Positions 8,201 to 18,982 of a DNA stretch of 64,000 nucleotides are shown here, piece after piece; the first letter of the stretch is position 1, and each line of letters starts with the position of its first letter. Location of the stretch: contig CAKQLF010000006.1 of NCBI GenBank assembly GCA_934254585.1, positions 2,839 through 66,838 on the forward strand. Direction: 5' to 3'. A model generated the notes under the pieces. It searched no databases. It saw only the letters and a list, made by a program, of their open reading frames with translations, and had not been told where the DNA came from. The DNA is from an uncultured Alphaproteobacteria bacterium. GTDB taxonomy: Bacteria; Pseudomonadota; Alphaproteobacteria; RF32; CAG-239. Made by a program: the position numbers and the translations under genes.

Positions 8201-9316
8201 CTACATAGCCCGAGAATCATCTTTTCTATAAATCGCACGTTTTCGCAGATTATTGGATTTTTTTGTTTTCTCGGCACTTTTTATCACTTCCATATTATTG
8301 CTGACGATTTTATCATTCATTCTTCCCTTAACCTGCTCCAGTGTCTGAGGTTTTAAGGATTTTATATGGACAGTTTTTTTGGACTTGCTGATTTTATTGC
8401 TCAGCCAACCCATAGCGGATTCAATTTTGGCAACTATCGGCATTACCGCGCCTCCAACCACAGCTCCGCCTATTCCGCCGGCAACAAAACCAACAGGACC
8501 GGCGGTTAATCCGCCATAAGCCGCACCCAACACGCCCAAAACTGTGGCTCCGGCTTTCATACCCGCTTTTATATCTTCTTTAGAGTTTGCCACAACCCTT
8601 TCAAAATTGTTTTTATTTTCCTTTTCTTTTGTTTTCTCTTTTATTTTATCTAATAATTTTTTTTCATTCTTTTTCGGCTTGCGGATTTTATTGCTCAGCC
8701 AACCCATAGCGGATTCAATTTTGGCAACTATCGGCACTACCGTGCTTCCAACCATAGCTCCGCCTATTCCGCCGGCGACAAAACCAACCGGCCCCGCGGT
8801 TAATCCGCCATAAGCCGCGCCCAACACGCCCAAAACGGCGGCTCCGGCTTTCATACCCGCTTTTATGTCTTCTTTAGAGTTTGCCACAACCTTTTCCGCC
8901 GGAGCTTTAACAACCGGCACATCTTGTTTCTTTTGTGTTTGTTGACTGCGATTTTTATTCATAATAAGCCATTCTTTAAACTTTCTGGAAACAGGATTTA
9001 TTGCTCCATCGGCATCATACCCGAATTTTTCAATAAATTTATCTCCATTTTTAGCCACGTCCAACAATATATCTTTTGGCAGATTTTTACGATTTTCCGC
9101 ACTCATAACACTTTGCATATAAGTCAAAGCCTGACTTTTTAATTTTTCAATTGCTCTATCAGACTTAGCCAAGTGTTTCGTTTTACTTTGTAAATATTCC
9201 AAAAGTTCAAAATAATCAGTCATTGAACGTTCGTTATAGCCGGCTCGAAGGAGCTTGGCAAATTTATTTTTGTCATCTTCAGAATATTCTATTTTTCCAG
9301 GATTATTATCAGACAT
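8201..9316 (-). CDS. Hypothetical protein with a duplicated glycine-zipper membrane module
   Basis: 371 aa. A block of about 98 aa (VANSKEDIKAGMKAGA..LGVLGAAYGGLTAGPVGFVAGGIGGA..PIVAKIESAMGWLSNKI) occurs twice. GxxxG-rich hydrophobic segments are present. The N-terminal domain has no known homology. Confidence 0.6.
   Translation of the reverse strand: MSDNNPGKIEYSEDDKNKFAKLLRAGYNERSMTDYFELLEYLQSKTKHLAKSDRAIEKLKSQALTYMQSVMSAENRKNLPKDILLDVAKNGDKFIEKFGYDADGAINPVSRKFKEWLIMNKNRSQQTQKKQDVPVVKAPAEKVVANSKEDIKAGMKAGAAVLGVLGAAYGGLTAGPVGFVAGGIGGAMVGSTVVPIVAKIESAMGWLSNKIRKPKKNEKKLLDKIKEKTKEKENKNNFERVVANSKEDIKAGMKAGATVLGVLGAAYGGLTAGPVGFVAGGIGGAVVGGAVMPIVAKIESAMGWLSNKISKSKKTVHIKSLKPQTLEQVKGRMNDKIVSNNMEVIKSAEKTKKSNNLRKRAIYRKDDSRAM
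8390..8891 (-). repeat. In-frame tandem duplication: two units of about 208 bp with a 294-bp period (98 codons)
   Basis: Unit 1 at 8390..8597 and unit 2 at 8684..8891 are about 95% identical at the DNA level. Confidence 0.85.
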
Positions 9317-9401
9317 TAGCGGCTCCTTATAAAATTTTATTCATCTATGTTATGATAATACTTGATTATAAATATTTTGTCAATATTTTTACAAAAAACA
9401 T

Positions 9402-9442
9402 AAAAAAATAAATCAAATGAATTTGTTAATGTGATTCATTTG
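9402..9442 (-). terminator. Intrinsic terminator for galE: CAAATGAAT-N11-ATTCATTTG with a T-run on the minus strand
   Basis: 9-bp inverted repeat at 9414..9442. Read on the minus strand it is followed by TTTATTTTTTT. It lies directly downstream of the galE stop at 9469. Confidence 0.5.
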
Positions 9443-9468
9443 ATTTATAAAAGTCTTTGGTCAATTTT

Positions 9469-10437
9469 TTAATATCGCTTATTCAACTCCCAATTCCACG
9501 CGGTTTTGATAATATCTTTTATATCCAGATATTTTGGTTGCCAGCCTAAAATTGCTTTAGCTTTGGTATTATCAGCATATAATCTTGCCGGATCACCTGC
9601 TCGACGCGCGGCATATTCCGTAGGACATTTTTTACCGCTGACGGCTTCGGCCGCTGCTATAATTTCCTTTACAGAAGTTCCGACTCCTGTTCCTAAATTA
9701 ATGCAACCGCTATAAGCCTCAAGTTTTTCAACCGCCAAACGATGCGCCTGAGCCAAATCTTCAACGTGAATATAGTCACGAATGCAAGTGCCGTCAGGAG
9801 TGTCATAGTCACTGCCAAATATTTTAATATTTTCGCGTTCACCTTTTATAGCCTGCAACACCAAAGGAATTATATGTGTTTCCGGATTGTGACTTTCGCC
9901 GATTTTGCCATCTGCCGAACATCCGGCAGCATTAAAATAGCGCAAGGCTATGTGCCGCAATCCATACGCCCGTTCATAGTCGGCAAAAATTTGTTCAATC
10001 ATCAGCTTGGTGCGTCCATACGGATTAATCGGATTTTGCGAATGCATTTCGTCAATCGGTGTATATTTCGGCTCACCATAAGTGGCGCAAGTGCTCGAAA
10101 ACACAATATTTTTAACATTGTGTTTGAGCATTGTATGCAACAAATTGATAGTTCCGATTACATTGTTGTAATAATATTTTTCCGGATTATTCACACTTTC
10201 ACCAACATAAGCAAAAGCGGCAAAATGAATAACAGCATCTACATTGTTGTTTTTAAATAACTCATCAAGAGAATACGGATTAAGCAAATCGGCATAAACA
10301 AATTTTGCCCGTTTGTCCACGGCTTCTTTATGGCCATAAATCAAATTGTCGGCCACCAGAACCTCATACCCCTTATCCAACAGATGTCTTACCGTATGCG
10401 AACCAATGTATCCCGCGCCACCCATAACTAAAATCAT
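9469..10437 (-). CDS. galE: UDP-glucose 4-epimerase
   Basis: 322 aa. N-terminal Rossmann motif MILVMGGAGYIGSH and a YxxxK region. Overall GalE-like. Confidence 0.88.
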   Translation of the reverse strand: MILVMGGAGYIGSHTVRHLLDKGYEVLVADNLIYGHKEAVDKRAKFVYADLLNPYSLDELFKNNNVDAVIHFAAFAYVGESVNNPEKYYYNNVIGTINLLHTMLKHNVKNIVFSSTCATYGEPKYTPIDEMHSQNPINPYGRTKLMIEQIFADYERAYGLRHIALRYFNAAGCSADGKIGESHNPETHIIPLVLQAIKGERENIKIFGSDYDTPDGTCIRDYIHVEDLAQAHRLAVEKLEAYSGCINLGTGVGTSVKEIIAAAEAVSGKKCPTEYAARRAGDPARLYADNTKAKAILGWQPKYLDIKDIIKTAWNWELNKRY

Positions 10438-10454
10438 TTACACTCTCCAATCGT

Positions 10455-11417
10455 TTACTTATTTTTGAACAAACTTATTTGCGTTTTGAAATAAGATATT
10501 GTTTTATCTAAACCTTGACTGATTTCAACTTTTGGCGACCAACCAAGTTTTTCTTTAGCCAATGTAATATCCGGACGCCGCTGAGTCGGATCATCTGACG
10601 GCAAATCTTTGTAAACAACCTTAGATGTTCCGCCGATTTTGCTCACCACCATTTCAGCCAACTCTTTTATAGTAAATTCCTTAGGGTTGCCGGTATTAAT
10701 CGGTCCGGTAAATCCTTTAGGCGAATTCATCATTCTTATCATCACTTCAATTAAATCATCGACATAACAAAACGAGCGAGTTTGCGAACCATCGCCATAA
10801 ATTGTGATGTCTTGCCCTGAAAGTGCCTGACAAATAAAGTTTGAAACAACGCGTCCGTCATTTGGATCCATATTCGGGCCGTAAGTATTAAAAATGCGAA
10901 TAACTTTGATATCTACGCCTTCGTGCCGCCAATAATCAAAGAATAAACTTTCAGCACAGCGTTTTCCCTCATCATAGCAAGCTCGAACTCCATTAGGATT
11001 TACGTTACCGCGATAGCTTTCAACCTGAGGGTGAACCAAAGGTTCTCCATAAACTTCCGAAGTTGAGGCTTGCAAAACTCTGGCGCAATGTTTTTTGGCC
11101 AATTCCAGAACATTTATTGCCCCATACACACAGGTTTTGGTGGTTTTTATGGAATAACTTCCTTGATAAGCCGGCGGCGATGCCGGACAAGCCAAATTGT
11201 ATATTTGGTTAATTTCTTGATTATCAAATACTAAGGGAGAGCACACATCTTGTTCAACAAACATAAAATTGGGGTTATCCCTGATGCTTTCAACATTACT
11301 TAATCTGCCGGTATAGTTATTATCTAAACAGATAACTCTATTACCCTCTTTAATTAGCCGTATACATAAATTAGAACCTAAAAAACCGGTACCTCCGGTT
11401 ACTAATACGGTATTCAT
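10455..11417 (-). CDS. UDP-glucuronate decarboxylase / NAD-dependent sugar dehydratase family (UXS-like)
   Basis: The track ORF extends to 11513. It was trimmed to the ATG at 11417 ([17 protein letters not shown]) with GGAAAGG upstream. Short-chain dehydrogenase/reductase (SDR) epimerase/dehydratase fold. Confidence 0.8.
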   Translation of the reverse strand: MNTVLVTGGTGFLGSNLCIRLIKEGNRVICLDNNYTGRLSNVESIRDNPNFMFVEQDVCSPLVFDNQEINQIYNLACPASPPAYQGSYSIKTTKTCVYGAINVLELAKKHCARVLQASTSEVYGEPLVHPQVESYRGNVNPNGVRACYDEGKRCAESLFFDYWRHEGVDIKVIRIFNTYGPNMDPNDGRVVSNFICQALSGQDITIYGDGSQTRSFCYVDDLIEVMIRMMNSPKGFTGPINTGNPKEFTIKELAEMVVSKIGGTSKVVYKDLPSDDPTQRRPDITLAKEKLGWSPKVEISQGLDKTISYFKTQISLFKNK

Positions 11418-11941
11418 TTTAAACCTTTCCAAATTTAATAATAGACTGTTTAATATTATTAAGATATGCCACACATTCTTTTGATATTCAAGATTATTCA
11501 AAATAATATTCAATGTTTTTGATTAAAAAATAATACCTTATCTGACAATTAGTTCTGGTAAACTTGAAAAATATTTCTCAAAGCATAAATTAAAAGTGTT
11601 CAAAACGAACCGGTGATTGTTTTTAAGCAATTAAATTCTAAGCCGTTTCTTTTGAATTTCGAGTTCAACTTTAGAAAGTAAAATAATTTAAGCAATTAAA
11701 TACTTTTACTATGCAAAGGCGAACACGAAGCACCTTATAATTGATGTATGTTAAAAGTATTTGATTGTTAACATTGTGTTTTCAACAACCTTTTACAAAT
11801 TCAAATAAGGTTTATATTAGAGCCGAGGAAGGTAAAGGTCGTTTCCTTTGCCTTCCTTGGTTTTAAGGTATGATTTTTATAATAAAAAAAATATACCCTG
11901 CCATATAGTTGACAAGGTACATTTTTTTGAAAAACCGTAAA

Positions 11942-13603
11942 TTATTTCCGACGTAAGAACGATGGAATATCCAGTTCGTCACCCGACAATTCCGGTGTTT
12001 CATTTTCATCGGAAGTAAATTTTTCCATTTCATCAGAGTTGTTTTCTGTTTCGTCTTTATTTTTTTTACGCGCGCGAATACCCATAACACGTTCGATAAA
12101 TGTAGGTTTTACATCATCACTGCCATCATCTTCCAACGGTAAAGTTTCATTTTCCACCGGTTTAAAATCTTTAAACACATCGGTATCATACTCTTTAAAC
12201 AAAACAGGTTCTTCGGATTCATTTACACTTTGAATTGAAGTGCGGCTTGAAAAGGAATCCGCGTCTTTCGGCGCAATAGAATTAAATTCAATATCGCTGT
12301 TGTCTGCGTCATCAGCCTTGTTGGCCGAACTGTTCATAATTGCGCTAAACAATGCAGAAGCCTGCGGAACTTCAGGTAATTCGTCAGATTTATCTAATGA
12401 TGCAAAATCTTTATCTAAATTTTCATCAGCTTCCGTTGTTTCTTCACTGATTGTTTCAGTAATCAAATCCGGTTCCGATGCAGCTATTTCATCTTCATTA
12501 ACATCAAGCGAAACCGGTTCGTTTTCGACAGCATCATTCATTTCTATTGTCGGCACAAAAGCGGAATCATCATAACTTTGGTCAATTAGAGAAGGTTCTT
12601 TGGTTTTTGGCAAAACTTCCGGCTGAGGTTTGCCGTCGTTAATTCCCGTAACCACAATGGAAACACGAATTTTTCCGGCCAGACTTTCATCATAGCTTGA
12701 ACCGAAAATAATATTGGCATTATCATCAACTTCTTCTTTAATGATGTTTGCCGCCGCATCAATTTCCATAAGCGTAATATCATCGCCGCCGGTGATGTTG
12801 ATTAGCACCCCTTTGGCACCGTGCATAGTACAGTCATCTAACAACGGATTTGACAAAGCTTGCTTAGCGGCCTCTTCGGCTCTTTTTTCACCTTCGGCTT
12901 CGCCTGTTCCCATTATGGCTTTACCTTTATCCTGCATAATGTTTTTAACATCGGCAAAATCCAAGTTTATAAGCCCCGGCATCATCATTAAATCGGTGAT
13001 TGAACGTACACCCGAATAAAGCACATTATCAGCCAACAAAAAAGCATCGGCCAAAGTTGTGTTTTTATCGGCAATACGGAATAAGTTTTGGTTAGGGATA
13101 ACAATAATACTGTCAACTTCACTGGTGAAATTAGCCAACGCGCTTTCTGCCGTTTCCATACGTTTACGTCCCTCAAAAGAGAACGGCTTTGTAACCACGC
13201 CAACGGTTAAAATACCTTTTTCTTTGGCAATATGAGCCACAACGGGAGCCGCACCCGAACCGGTACCGCCACCCATTCCGGCCGTGATAAACACCATATT
13301 AACTCCCTCAAGCTCGCGAGCAATTTCTTCTTTAGCTTCTTCGGCGGCAATTTTACCGATTTCCGGACGTGCACCGGCTCCGAGTCCTTGCGTAATTTCC
13401 AGACCCAACTGAATTTTACGACTGGCAGAAGAGTGAGCCAAAGCCTGAGCATCGGTGTTAGCCACAACAAAATCGACGCCCTCTAAATTTTTGGCAATCA
13501 TATTATTAACGGCATTTCCGCCGCCACCGCCAACACCAATAACGGCAATACGTGGTTTTAAATGTGATACTGTGGTATCGGCAACACCCAATTTAATTGA
13601 CAT
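11942..13603 (-). CDS. ftsZ: Cell division protein FtsZ
   Basis: GGGTGSG tubulin signature and [16 protein letters not shown]. Long acidic C-terminal linker ending in DIPSFLRRK. The start was set to the ATG at 13603 with GGGAGA 9 nt upstream; the track TTG at 13618 lies inside that RBS. Confidence 0.95.
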   Translation of the reverse strand: MSIKLGVADTTVSHLKPRIAVIGVGGGGGNAVNNMIAKNLEGVDFVVANTDAQALAHSSASRKIQLGLEITQGLGAGARPEIGKIAAEEAKEEIARELEGVNMVFITAGMGGGTGSGAAPVVAHIAKEKGILTVGVVTKPFSFEGRKRMETAESALANFTSEVDSIIVIPNQNLFRIADKNTTLADAFLLADNVLYSGVRSITDLMMMPGLINLDFADVKNIMQDKGKAIMGTGEAEGEKRAEEAAKQALSNPLLDDCTMHGAKGVLINITGGDDITLMEIDAAANIIKEEVDDNANIIFGSSYDESLAGKIRVSIVVTGINDGKPQPEVLPKTKEPSLIDQSYDDSAFVPTIEMNDAVENEPVSLDVNEDEIAASEPDLITETISEETTEADENLDKDFASLDKSDELPEVPQASALFSAIMNSSANKADDADNSDIEFNSIAPKDADSFSSRTSIQSVNESEEPVLFKEYDTDVFKDFKPVENETLPLEDDGSDDVKPTFIERVMGIRARKKNKDETENNSDEMEKFTSDENETPELSGDELDIPSFLRRK

Positions 13604-13682
13604 CAATTTTTCTCCCAATTAGAAAATTTCACTTATATTAGGTATAAAATAACGGAAATAGATTAAGTTTTTCTTACTATTT

Positions 13683-14921
13683 TTAAGAATTTTGGCGTAT
13701 CCAATTAAAAATTTTAGATAATTTTCCGCCCTCTCCTATCGGACGATTGACAATTTTCTTCGGTTTGCGCTCCATATTTGTGGTAGCCAAATACAAAAGT
13801 CCGAGAGCTGTAGAAAAAGTAGGATTATTTATAATTTCCGGTATCCCCTGAATATTTCGTGGTCCGCCCAAACGCACTTGCTTATCCAAAATAACCGAGG
13901 CCACATCACGAATCCCCGGAAGTTGACTACAGCCTCCGGTTAGCACAACACGATGATTTTGTCTGTTCTGCAAGCCTTGCTGCGCCAATTTACGGGCCAC
14001 CATTTCAAAAATTTCTTCAACCCGAGGGGCAATAATTTTTATTAAATCCGAACGATGCATTTGCCGAATAGAACTATCATCTTCCTCACCCAAAGGATAA
14101 ACATTTATACTCTCATATTCATCGTGACTCACCAAAAAGGCGCAACCGTGACGATTTTTCAAATCTTCGGCGTGGGCAAATGACGTGGTCAACCCTTGCG
14201 TTATGTCTTTAGTAATATTTATTCCGCCGACAGGCAAGGTGGAAAAGGCTATCGGAACTCCGTTTTTGAAAGTGGCAATACTGGTAGTTCCGCCGCCGAT
14301 ATCTATAATCGTTGCTCCATATTCGCGTTCATCTTCAACCAAGCAAGCCATTCCCGAGGCATAGGCAGACAACACTTTATTTTCTATATCCAAATGAGCG
14401 GCCTCAACCACCGACGACAGATTCTTATATAAAACGTGCGGATACATTCCCAAAAGAATTCCGGCTGACAATTCTTCACCATAAATATTCATCGGGTCTT
14501 TCAAGTCTTCGCCGCCGTCAATTTTATACCCCGTCGGCAGGCAATGAATCAGTTCATTATTTTCAACATTAACCTTGCTTAAAACCCGTTCTCTGACTTT
14601 TATAATATCAACTTCACCGATAGGACGATTTTTTTTCAAGGCAATAGAGGCACTGCGTAAACGACTGCTTGTTTTATCACCGGAAACATTAAGAATCACA
14701 CTATCAATGCGTTCTCCAGCCATTTGTTCTGCCGCTTCAACCGCATTGCAAACAGACATAGTAGCTTCATTAATATCGGTTATCACTCCGTTTTTAATGC
14801 CTTTTGAGGCATTATAGCCATAGCTGACAATATTAATTTTTTTATCTCTGCCGATATGGGCTATCAGGCAGCAAACTTTAGAAGATCCAATATCCAACGC
14901 GGCAATAGTGGAACGATTCAC
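13683..14921 (-). CDS. ftsA: Cell division protein FtsA
   Basis: 412 aa. Actin-like ATPase motifs (ALDIGSSKV, DIGGGTT). Adjacent to ftsZ. Confidence 0.95.
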   Translation of the reverse strand: MNRSTIAALDIGSSKVCCLIAHIGRDKKINIVSYGYNASKGIKNGVITDINEATMSVCNAVEAAEQMAGERIDSVILNVSGDKTSSRLRSASIALKKNRPIGEVDIIKVRERVLSKVNVENNELIHCLPTGYKIDGGEDLKDPMNIYGEELSAGILLGMYPHVLYKNLSSVVEAAHLDIENKVLSAYASGMACLVEDEREYGATIIDIGGGTTSIATFKNGVPIAFSTLPVGGINITKDITQGLTTSFAHAEDLKNRHGCAFLVSHDEYESINVYPLGEEDDSSIRQMHRSDLIKIIAPRVEEIFEMVARKLAQQGLQNRQNHRVVLTGGCSQLPGIRDVASVILDKQVRLGGPRNIQGIPEIINNPTFSTALGLLYLATTNMERKPKKIVNRPIGEGGKLSKIFNWIRQNS

Positions 14922-14956
14922 GGTTAAAATTCCCCAACTTTTCTATTTATTCACAC

Positions 14957-15772
14957 TCAATCGCTAATATCTTTATTGCTAATTTTAACGATTACCTTAT
15001 TTTTTAATCTTAAATCAATGAAAGTTAATTTACGTTTAAGAATACCGCGAGTTTTATCTAATTTAACTAATTTTTTCCACGCTTCATCGACATCTTGCTC
15101 CGGCAACTTAACCGTTATGCCATTAAGCACATCGTCAAAAATTAAGTTCCAACGGCGTTTTGAAATAAAATTAGCCACCTTGACCCGTGAAAATAAATCA
15201 CCATCTTTTTCAATTATTTTAAGCAAAGCATTAATATGTTCCGGAGCTTCTTCACCGACAATTTGCAAAATATTTTTCTGCGGAACATATTCGGTTTCAA
15301 TGATTTTTCCATCTTCGTCTATCGGATAAAATTCATTTTGAAATTGCCATATAGATTTAACCGTCTTTTCTTTAATGCTGATATGTATAATATTTGGAAA
15401 ATATCGACGGCTGACACTAACTTCCTTAACCCACGGCAAAGACTTAACTCTGTCGCGTATTTCAGACAAATTGATATTCAGAATATTCTCACCGCGCTGC
15501 AGTCCGATAACTCGCAGCACATCTTCTTTAGCCGTCTTACCGCGTCCCTCCAATGTAACATCGTCAAGCCCCCACCCTGCAGTGGCGGTTTTATTATACA
15601 GTTCAACCAACAGCGAATCTATGTGTTTGCTGACCAAATTATGCCTAACCGTGATAACACCGAAAGTTAAAAGCCAAATGCCGCCAATCAGAATAAAATT
15701 CCCTAACAGGCGATATGGCCACAAAACAGGGGCGTATATTTTATTATCAATCGTTCCCATTTTTACGTCCAA
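14957..15772 (-). CDS. ftsQ: Cell division protein FtsQ
   Basis: 271 aa. N-terminal TM helix followed by a POTRA-like region. Positioned between murB and ftsA. Confidence 0.8.
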   Translation of the reverse strand: MDVKMGTIDNKIYAPVLWPYRLLGNFILIGGIWLLTFGVITVRHNLVSKHIDSLLVELYNKTATAGWGLDDVTLEGRGKTAKEDVLRVIGLQRGENILNINLSEIRDRVKSLPWVKEVSVSRRYFPNIIHISIKEKTVKSIWQFQNEFYPIDEDGKIIETEYVPQKNILQIVGEEAPEHINALLKIIEKDGDLFSRVKVANFISKRRWNLIFDDVLNGITVKLPEQDVDEAWKKLVKLDKTRGILKRKLTFIDLRLKNKVIVKISNKDISD

Positions 15773-16658
15773 TTATTTTAACTTCCCAATCCAACGCTAC
15801 ACCGGTTTGCTTTTTAACCAACCGACGAACTTCTTCTCCCAGATTTTCCAAATCGGCGGCACTTGCAGTTCCGTCATTAACCATAAAATTGCAATGCACA
15901 TCTGACAACGACGCTCCGCCTATTTTTAGCTCATTTCCGCCGCTTTGCTTTATCAATTTCCAAGCCGGCGCATCAGGAGTATTTTTAAATGTTGAACCGG
16001 CGGTGCGAACTCCTTGCGGCTGACGTTCTTTTCGATATAAGAAATTATCGTTTATAATTTTTTCGATTTGCGCCGCCGGAGTTTTTTTGGTTTTTAACGA
16101 CAATTCCAAAACAATCCAATCTTCAGGAAAATCGCTGTTTCGATATGAGAAATTAAAATCCGCCGGTAAAACCTCAAAAATATCACCCTTGCTGTTCATA
16201 ACTTTGGCTTTTAGCAAAACCTGCGCCAAATCAGAGCCGAAACATCCGGCATTAGAGCGAACCAAACCGCCTATACTCCCCGGAATGGAACAGATAAATT
16301 CCAATCCGCCAAGTTCATTTTCCAACAGAATATTTTTCAAAGCAAAATTTTTAAATCCGCCGCCAATATTCAAAACTTCATTTTCTATTTTGTACTCAGC
16401 AAAAGCGGAAGAGCCTAATTTTATCACCGCGCCCGCTATTCCACCATCACGAACAAGTAAATTAGAGCCGCCGCCCAAAATAAAAACCGGTAAATTTTCA
16501 GGTTTTTGTTTTAGAAAATTTTGTAAATCTTTTTCATCTTTCGGCAAAAACAAGACATCAGCCGGCCCGCCGACATTCAGCCACACATATTTTTTCAGCG
16601 GTTCGTTAAATTTGTATTCGCCTCTGACTTGAGGTAAATTTTGCTTATCTGTAACCAT
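15747..16658 (-). CDS. murB: UDP-N-acetylenolpyruvoylglucosamine reductase
   Basis: 303 aa. FAD-binding motifs (GGGSNLL, VGGPADV). The start shares a 1-nt overlap with the ftsW stop. Confidence 0.88.
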   Translation of the reverse strand: MVTDKQNLPQVRGEYKFNEPLKKYVWLNVGGPADVLFLPKDEKDLQNFLKQKPENLPVFILGGGSNLLVRDGGIAGAVIKLGSSAFAEYKIENEVLNIGGGFKNFALKNILLENELGGLEFICSIPGSIGGLVRSNAGCFGSDLAQVLLKAKVMNSKGDIFEVLPADFNFSYRNSDFPEDWIVLELSLKTKKTPAAQIEKIINDNFLYRKERQPQGVRTAGSTFKNTPDAPAWKLIKQSGGNELKIGGASLSDVHCNFMVNDGTASAADLENLGEEVRRLVKKQTGVALDWEVKIIGRKNGND

Positions 16659-17788
16659 TAGAACATATCCTTATCCTCAGAAGCCGTATTTTTGCGCGTT
16701 ATGGCCAACAACATACCAACTTCAATAGCCGTCCCCAACAATGACGAACCTCCATAAGAAATAAACGGAAGTGTCATACCTTTTGTCGGAATAATATGCA
16801 ACGAGGACGCCATATTTACAAAAGCCTGCAATCCTAAAGAAGCGGCCAAACCCACTTCGGCATACATCACAAACAAATTACTTTCTTTAATTGCCAGTTT
16901 CAGAGAGCGAATGACAATTATCGAAAATAAAATGATAATCACCAAGCACAACCACACTCCGTATTCTTCACCGGCAACGGCAAAAACAAAGTCGGTGTGC
17001 GCGTCGGGAATAGTCAACTTTACAGTTCCCTCTCCCGGGCCTTTTCCCACCAAATTGCCATTCTGAAAAGCTTCCATTGCCCTATTGATTTGATAACTTG
17101 TTTCATCACTGCCATATAAAAACTGATCTACTCTGGCGCGAAAGTGAGGATAGGTAAAATATAAAACAAACAAAGACATTATACCGCCGGCAATTCCGAC
17201 TCCGACAACCATCCACGGCAATCCGGCCAAAAACAACTGCAAACCGAAAACAGAGGTAATCAGAGCCGACATTCCGATGTCGGGCTGACAAAGCAAAACA
17301 CCCAAAATCAGCAAATATGCTCCGATTGAAATCCACATTCCGGGGAAATAATCATATTTTTTACCACAATCCAATAGCCAAGCAGTAAGAACAATAAAAA
17401 TCGGTTTCATCAATTCCGATGACTGCAAGGAAAACCCTAAAATATGCAGCCAACGACGAGCACCTTTGGTTTCAAAACCAAAAAACAAGGTCATAATCAG
17501 CAACATAAAAAGCACGACAAAACCAATTATTGAGATGCGGCGGATAGTTTTCAGGCTAAACAAAGACAAGCCAAGCATCACTCCCACAGAAAGCACCACA
17601 AATTTTACTTGTTTTCGCACCAAGGCAAAGTCATCAAGATTTAATTTTCGCGACACGGCAGGACTGGCTGTCACGTCCAAAATAACCCCAATAATCAACA
17701 ACGCCATAGACACAAAAAGCGTAACTTTATCAACAGTCCACAGCCATTTTACAATAGCGTTATGACTTTGCCGCGAAAAATTAACCAT
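16658..17788 (-). CDS. ftsW: Peptidoglycan glycosyltransferase FtsW (SEDS family)
   Basis: 376 aa polytopic membrane protein. SEDS motifs (PDAHTDFVFAV..GEEYG..IPTKGMTLPFISYGGSS). Confidence 0.88.
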   Translation of the reverse strand: MVNFSRQSHNAIVKWLWTVDKVTLFVSMALLIIGVILDVTASPAVSRKLNLDDFALVRKQVKFVVLSVGVMLGLSLFSLKTIRRISIIGFVVLFMLLIMTLFFGFETKGARRWLHILGFSLQSSELMKPIFIVLTAWLLDCGKKYDYFPGMWISIGAYLLILGVLLCQPDIGMSALITSVFGLQLFLAGLPWMVVGVGIAGGIMSLFVLYFTYPHFRARVDQFLYGSDETSYQINRAMEAFQNGNLVGKGPGEGTVKLTIPDAHTDFVFAVAGEEYGVWLCLVIIILFSIIVIRSLKLAIKESNLFVMYAEVGLAASLGLQAFVNMASSLHIIPTKGMTLPFISYGGSSLLGTAIEVGMLLAITRKNTASEDKDMF

Positions 17789-17799
17789 TATCCCTCACC

Positions 17800-18843
17800 T
17801 TATAAAAATGCCAAAACGCCAAATGCCGCCAAAAACAGAGCCGCCAACCAAAAGCTCAACACAACTTTTTTTTCTGACCATCCCAACTGTTCAAAATGAT
17901 GATGCAGCGGAGCCATTTTAAAGAAGCGTTTTCCGGTCTTTTTGAAATATACAACTTGAATCATCACCGAAACGGTTTCCGTAACAAAAACACCGCCGAC
18001 AATTGCCAATAAAATTTCGTGTTTAGTCATAACGGCAATCGCACCTAAAATTGCCCCCAAAGCCAAAGAACCGGTATCCCCCATAAAAACTTTTGCTTTA
18101 GGCTTGTTGAAATACAAAAATCCCAAACAAGAACCAATTAAGGCGGCGCACACTATTGCAATTTCGCCGCACCGAGGTATAAAAAACATATTATAATCAA
18201 CGGCATTGGCAATTCCGCAATAATATGCAACCACCATAAACACCGTAAAAGAAATAATCAACAACCCTGAGGCCAAGCCGTCTAATCCATCACTTAAATT
18301 AACAGCATTTGAAGTTCCGGAAATAACCACAACGGCAAAAGGAATATACAGCCACGATAAATTAAGACAAAACTCTTTGGCATAAGGGAAAAACAACGTA
18401 GTATTCAAATCTTTCGGTGTTGCCGCCGTAATAATACTAGCTGCAACCAAGGCCGTTAAAAACTGCAGAAACAATTTCATTCTGGCCGTCATAGCATTTG
18501 AATTTTGACGTTTTACTTTCCAATAATCATCAACAAAACCCGTCGCGCCATACATTATCAATATGAGCAAACTGACCCATACAAAATGATATTTGATATT
18601 AGCACACAAAACTATGGAGAGAATCGAGGTAAAAAGTATTAATAATCCACCCATTGTCGGAGTGCCTTTTTTAGTTTTTAAATGTGACTGAGGGCCATCA
18701 GAACGAATTGGCTGTCCGGTTTTTTGATGTTTATGCAGCAAGTTTATAAGCGGCTGTCCCAACAACAAGCTCAATATTAAAGACAAAGCAAAAGCCAATT
18801 CGGCACGCAACGCAACAGACCAATCCGTGATTAATGTAAGCAT
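17800..18843 (-). CDS. mraY: Phospho-N-acetylmuramoyl-pentapeptide transferase
   Basis: 347 aa. Motifs NAVNLSDGLDGLASG, GDTGSLALG and HHHFE. Confidence 0.93.
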   Translation of the reverse strand: MLTLITDWSVALRAELAFALSLILSLLLGQPLINLLHKHQKTGQPIRSDGPQSHLKTKKGTPTMGGLLILFTSILSIVLCANIKYHFVWVSLLILIMYGATGFVDDYWKVKRQNSNAMTARMKLFLQFLTALVAASIITAATPKDLNTTLFFPYAKEFCLNLSWLYIPFAVVVISGTSNAVNLSDGLDGLASGLLIISFTVFMVVAYYCGIANAVDYNMFFIPRCGEIAIVCAALIGSCLGFLYFNKPKAKVFMGDTGSLALGAILGAIAVMTKHEILLAIVGGVFVTETVSVMIQVVYFKKTGKRFFKMAPLHHHFEQLGWSEKKVVLSFWLAALFLAAFGVLAFL

Positions 18844-18982
18844 ATTTTACCCCTCTATTATTTTTTTCTTTAATTTATATGGAATATATAAAATAAGTCT
18901 TAAAAAGAGAATAAATTCTATTTAAATTTACGAGAATTTTACTATTATGTTGATAACTTTGTTTTGAGTTAAGGAGAAAACA

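Noticed and set aside
12039-13486. Several 60-110 aa ORFs on both strands inside ftsZ (12240..12575, 12714..13019, 13207..13470 and others)
   Set aside because: They overlap the well-supported ftsZ frame. They have Ser-rich low-complexity translations typical of alternative-frame shadows of an acidic linker region.
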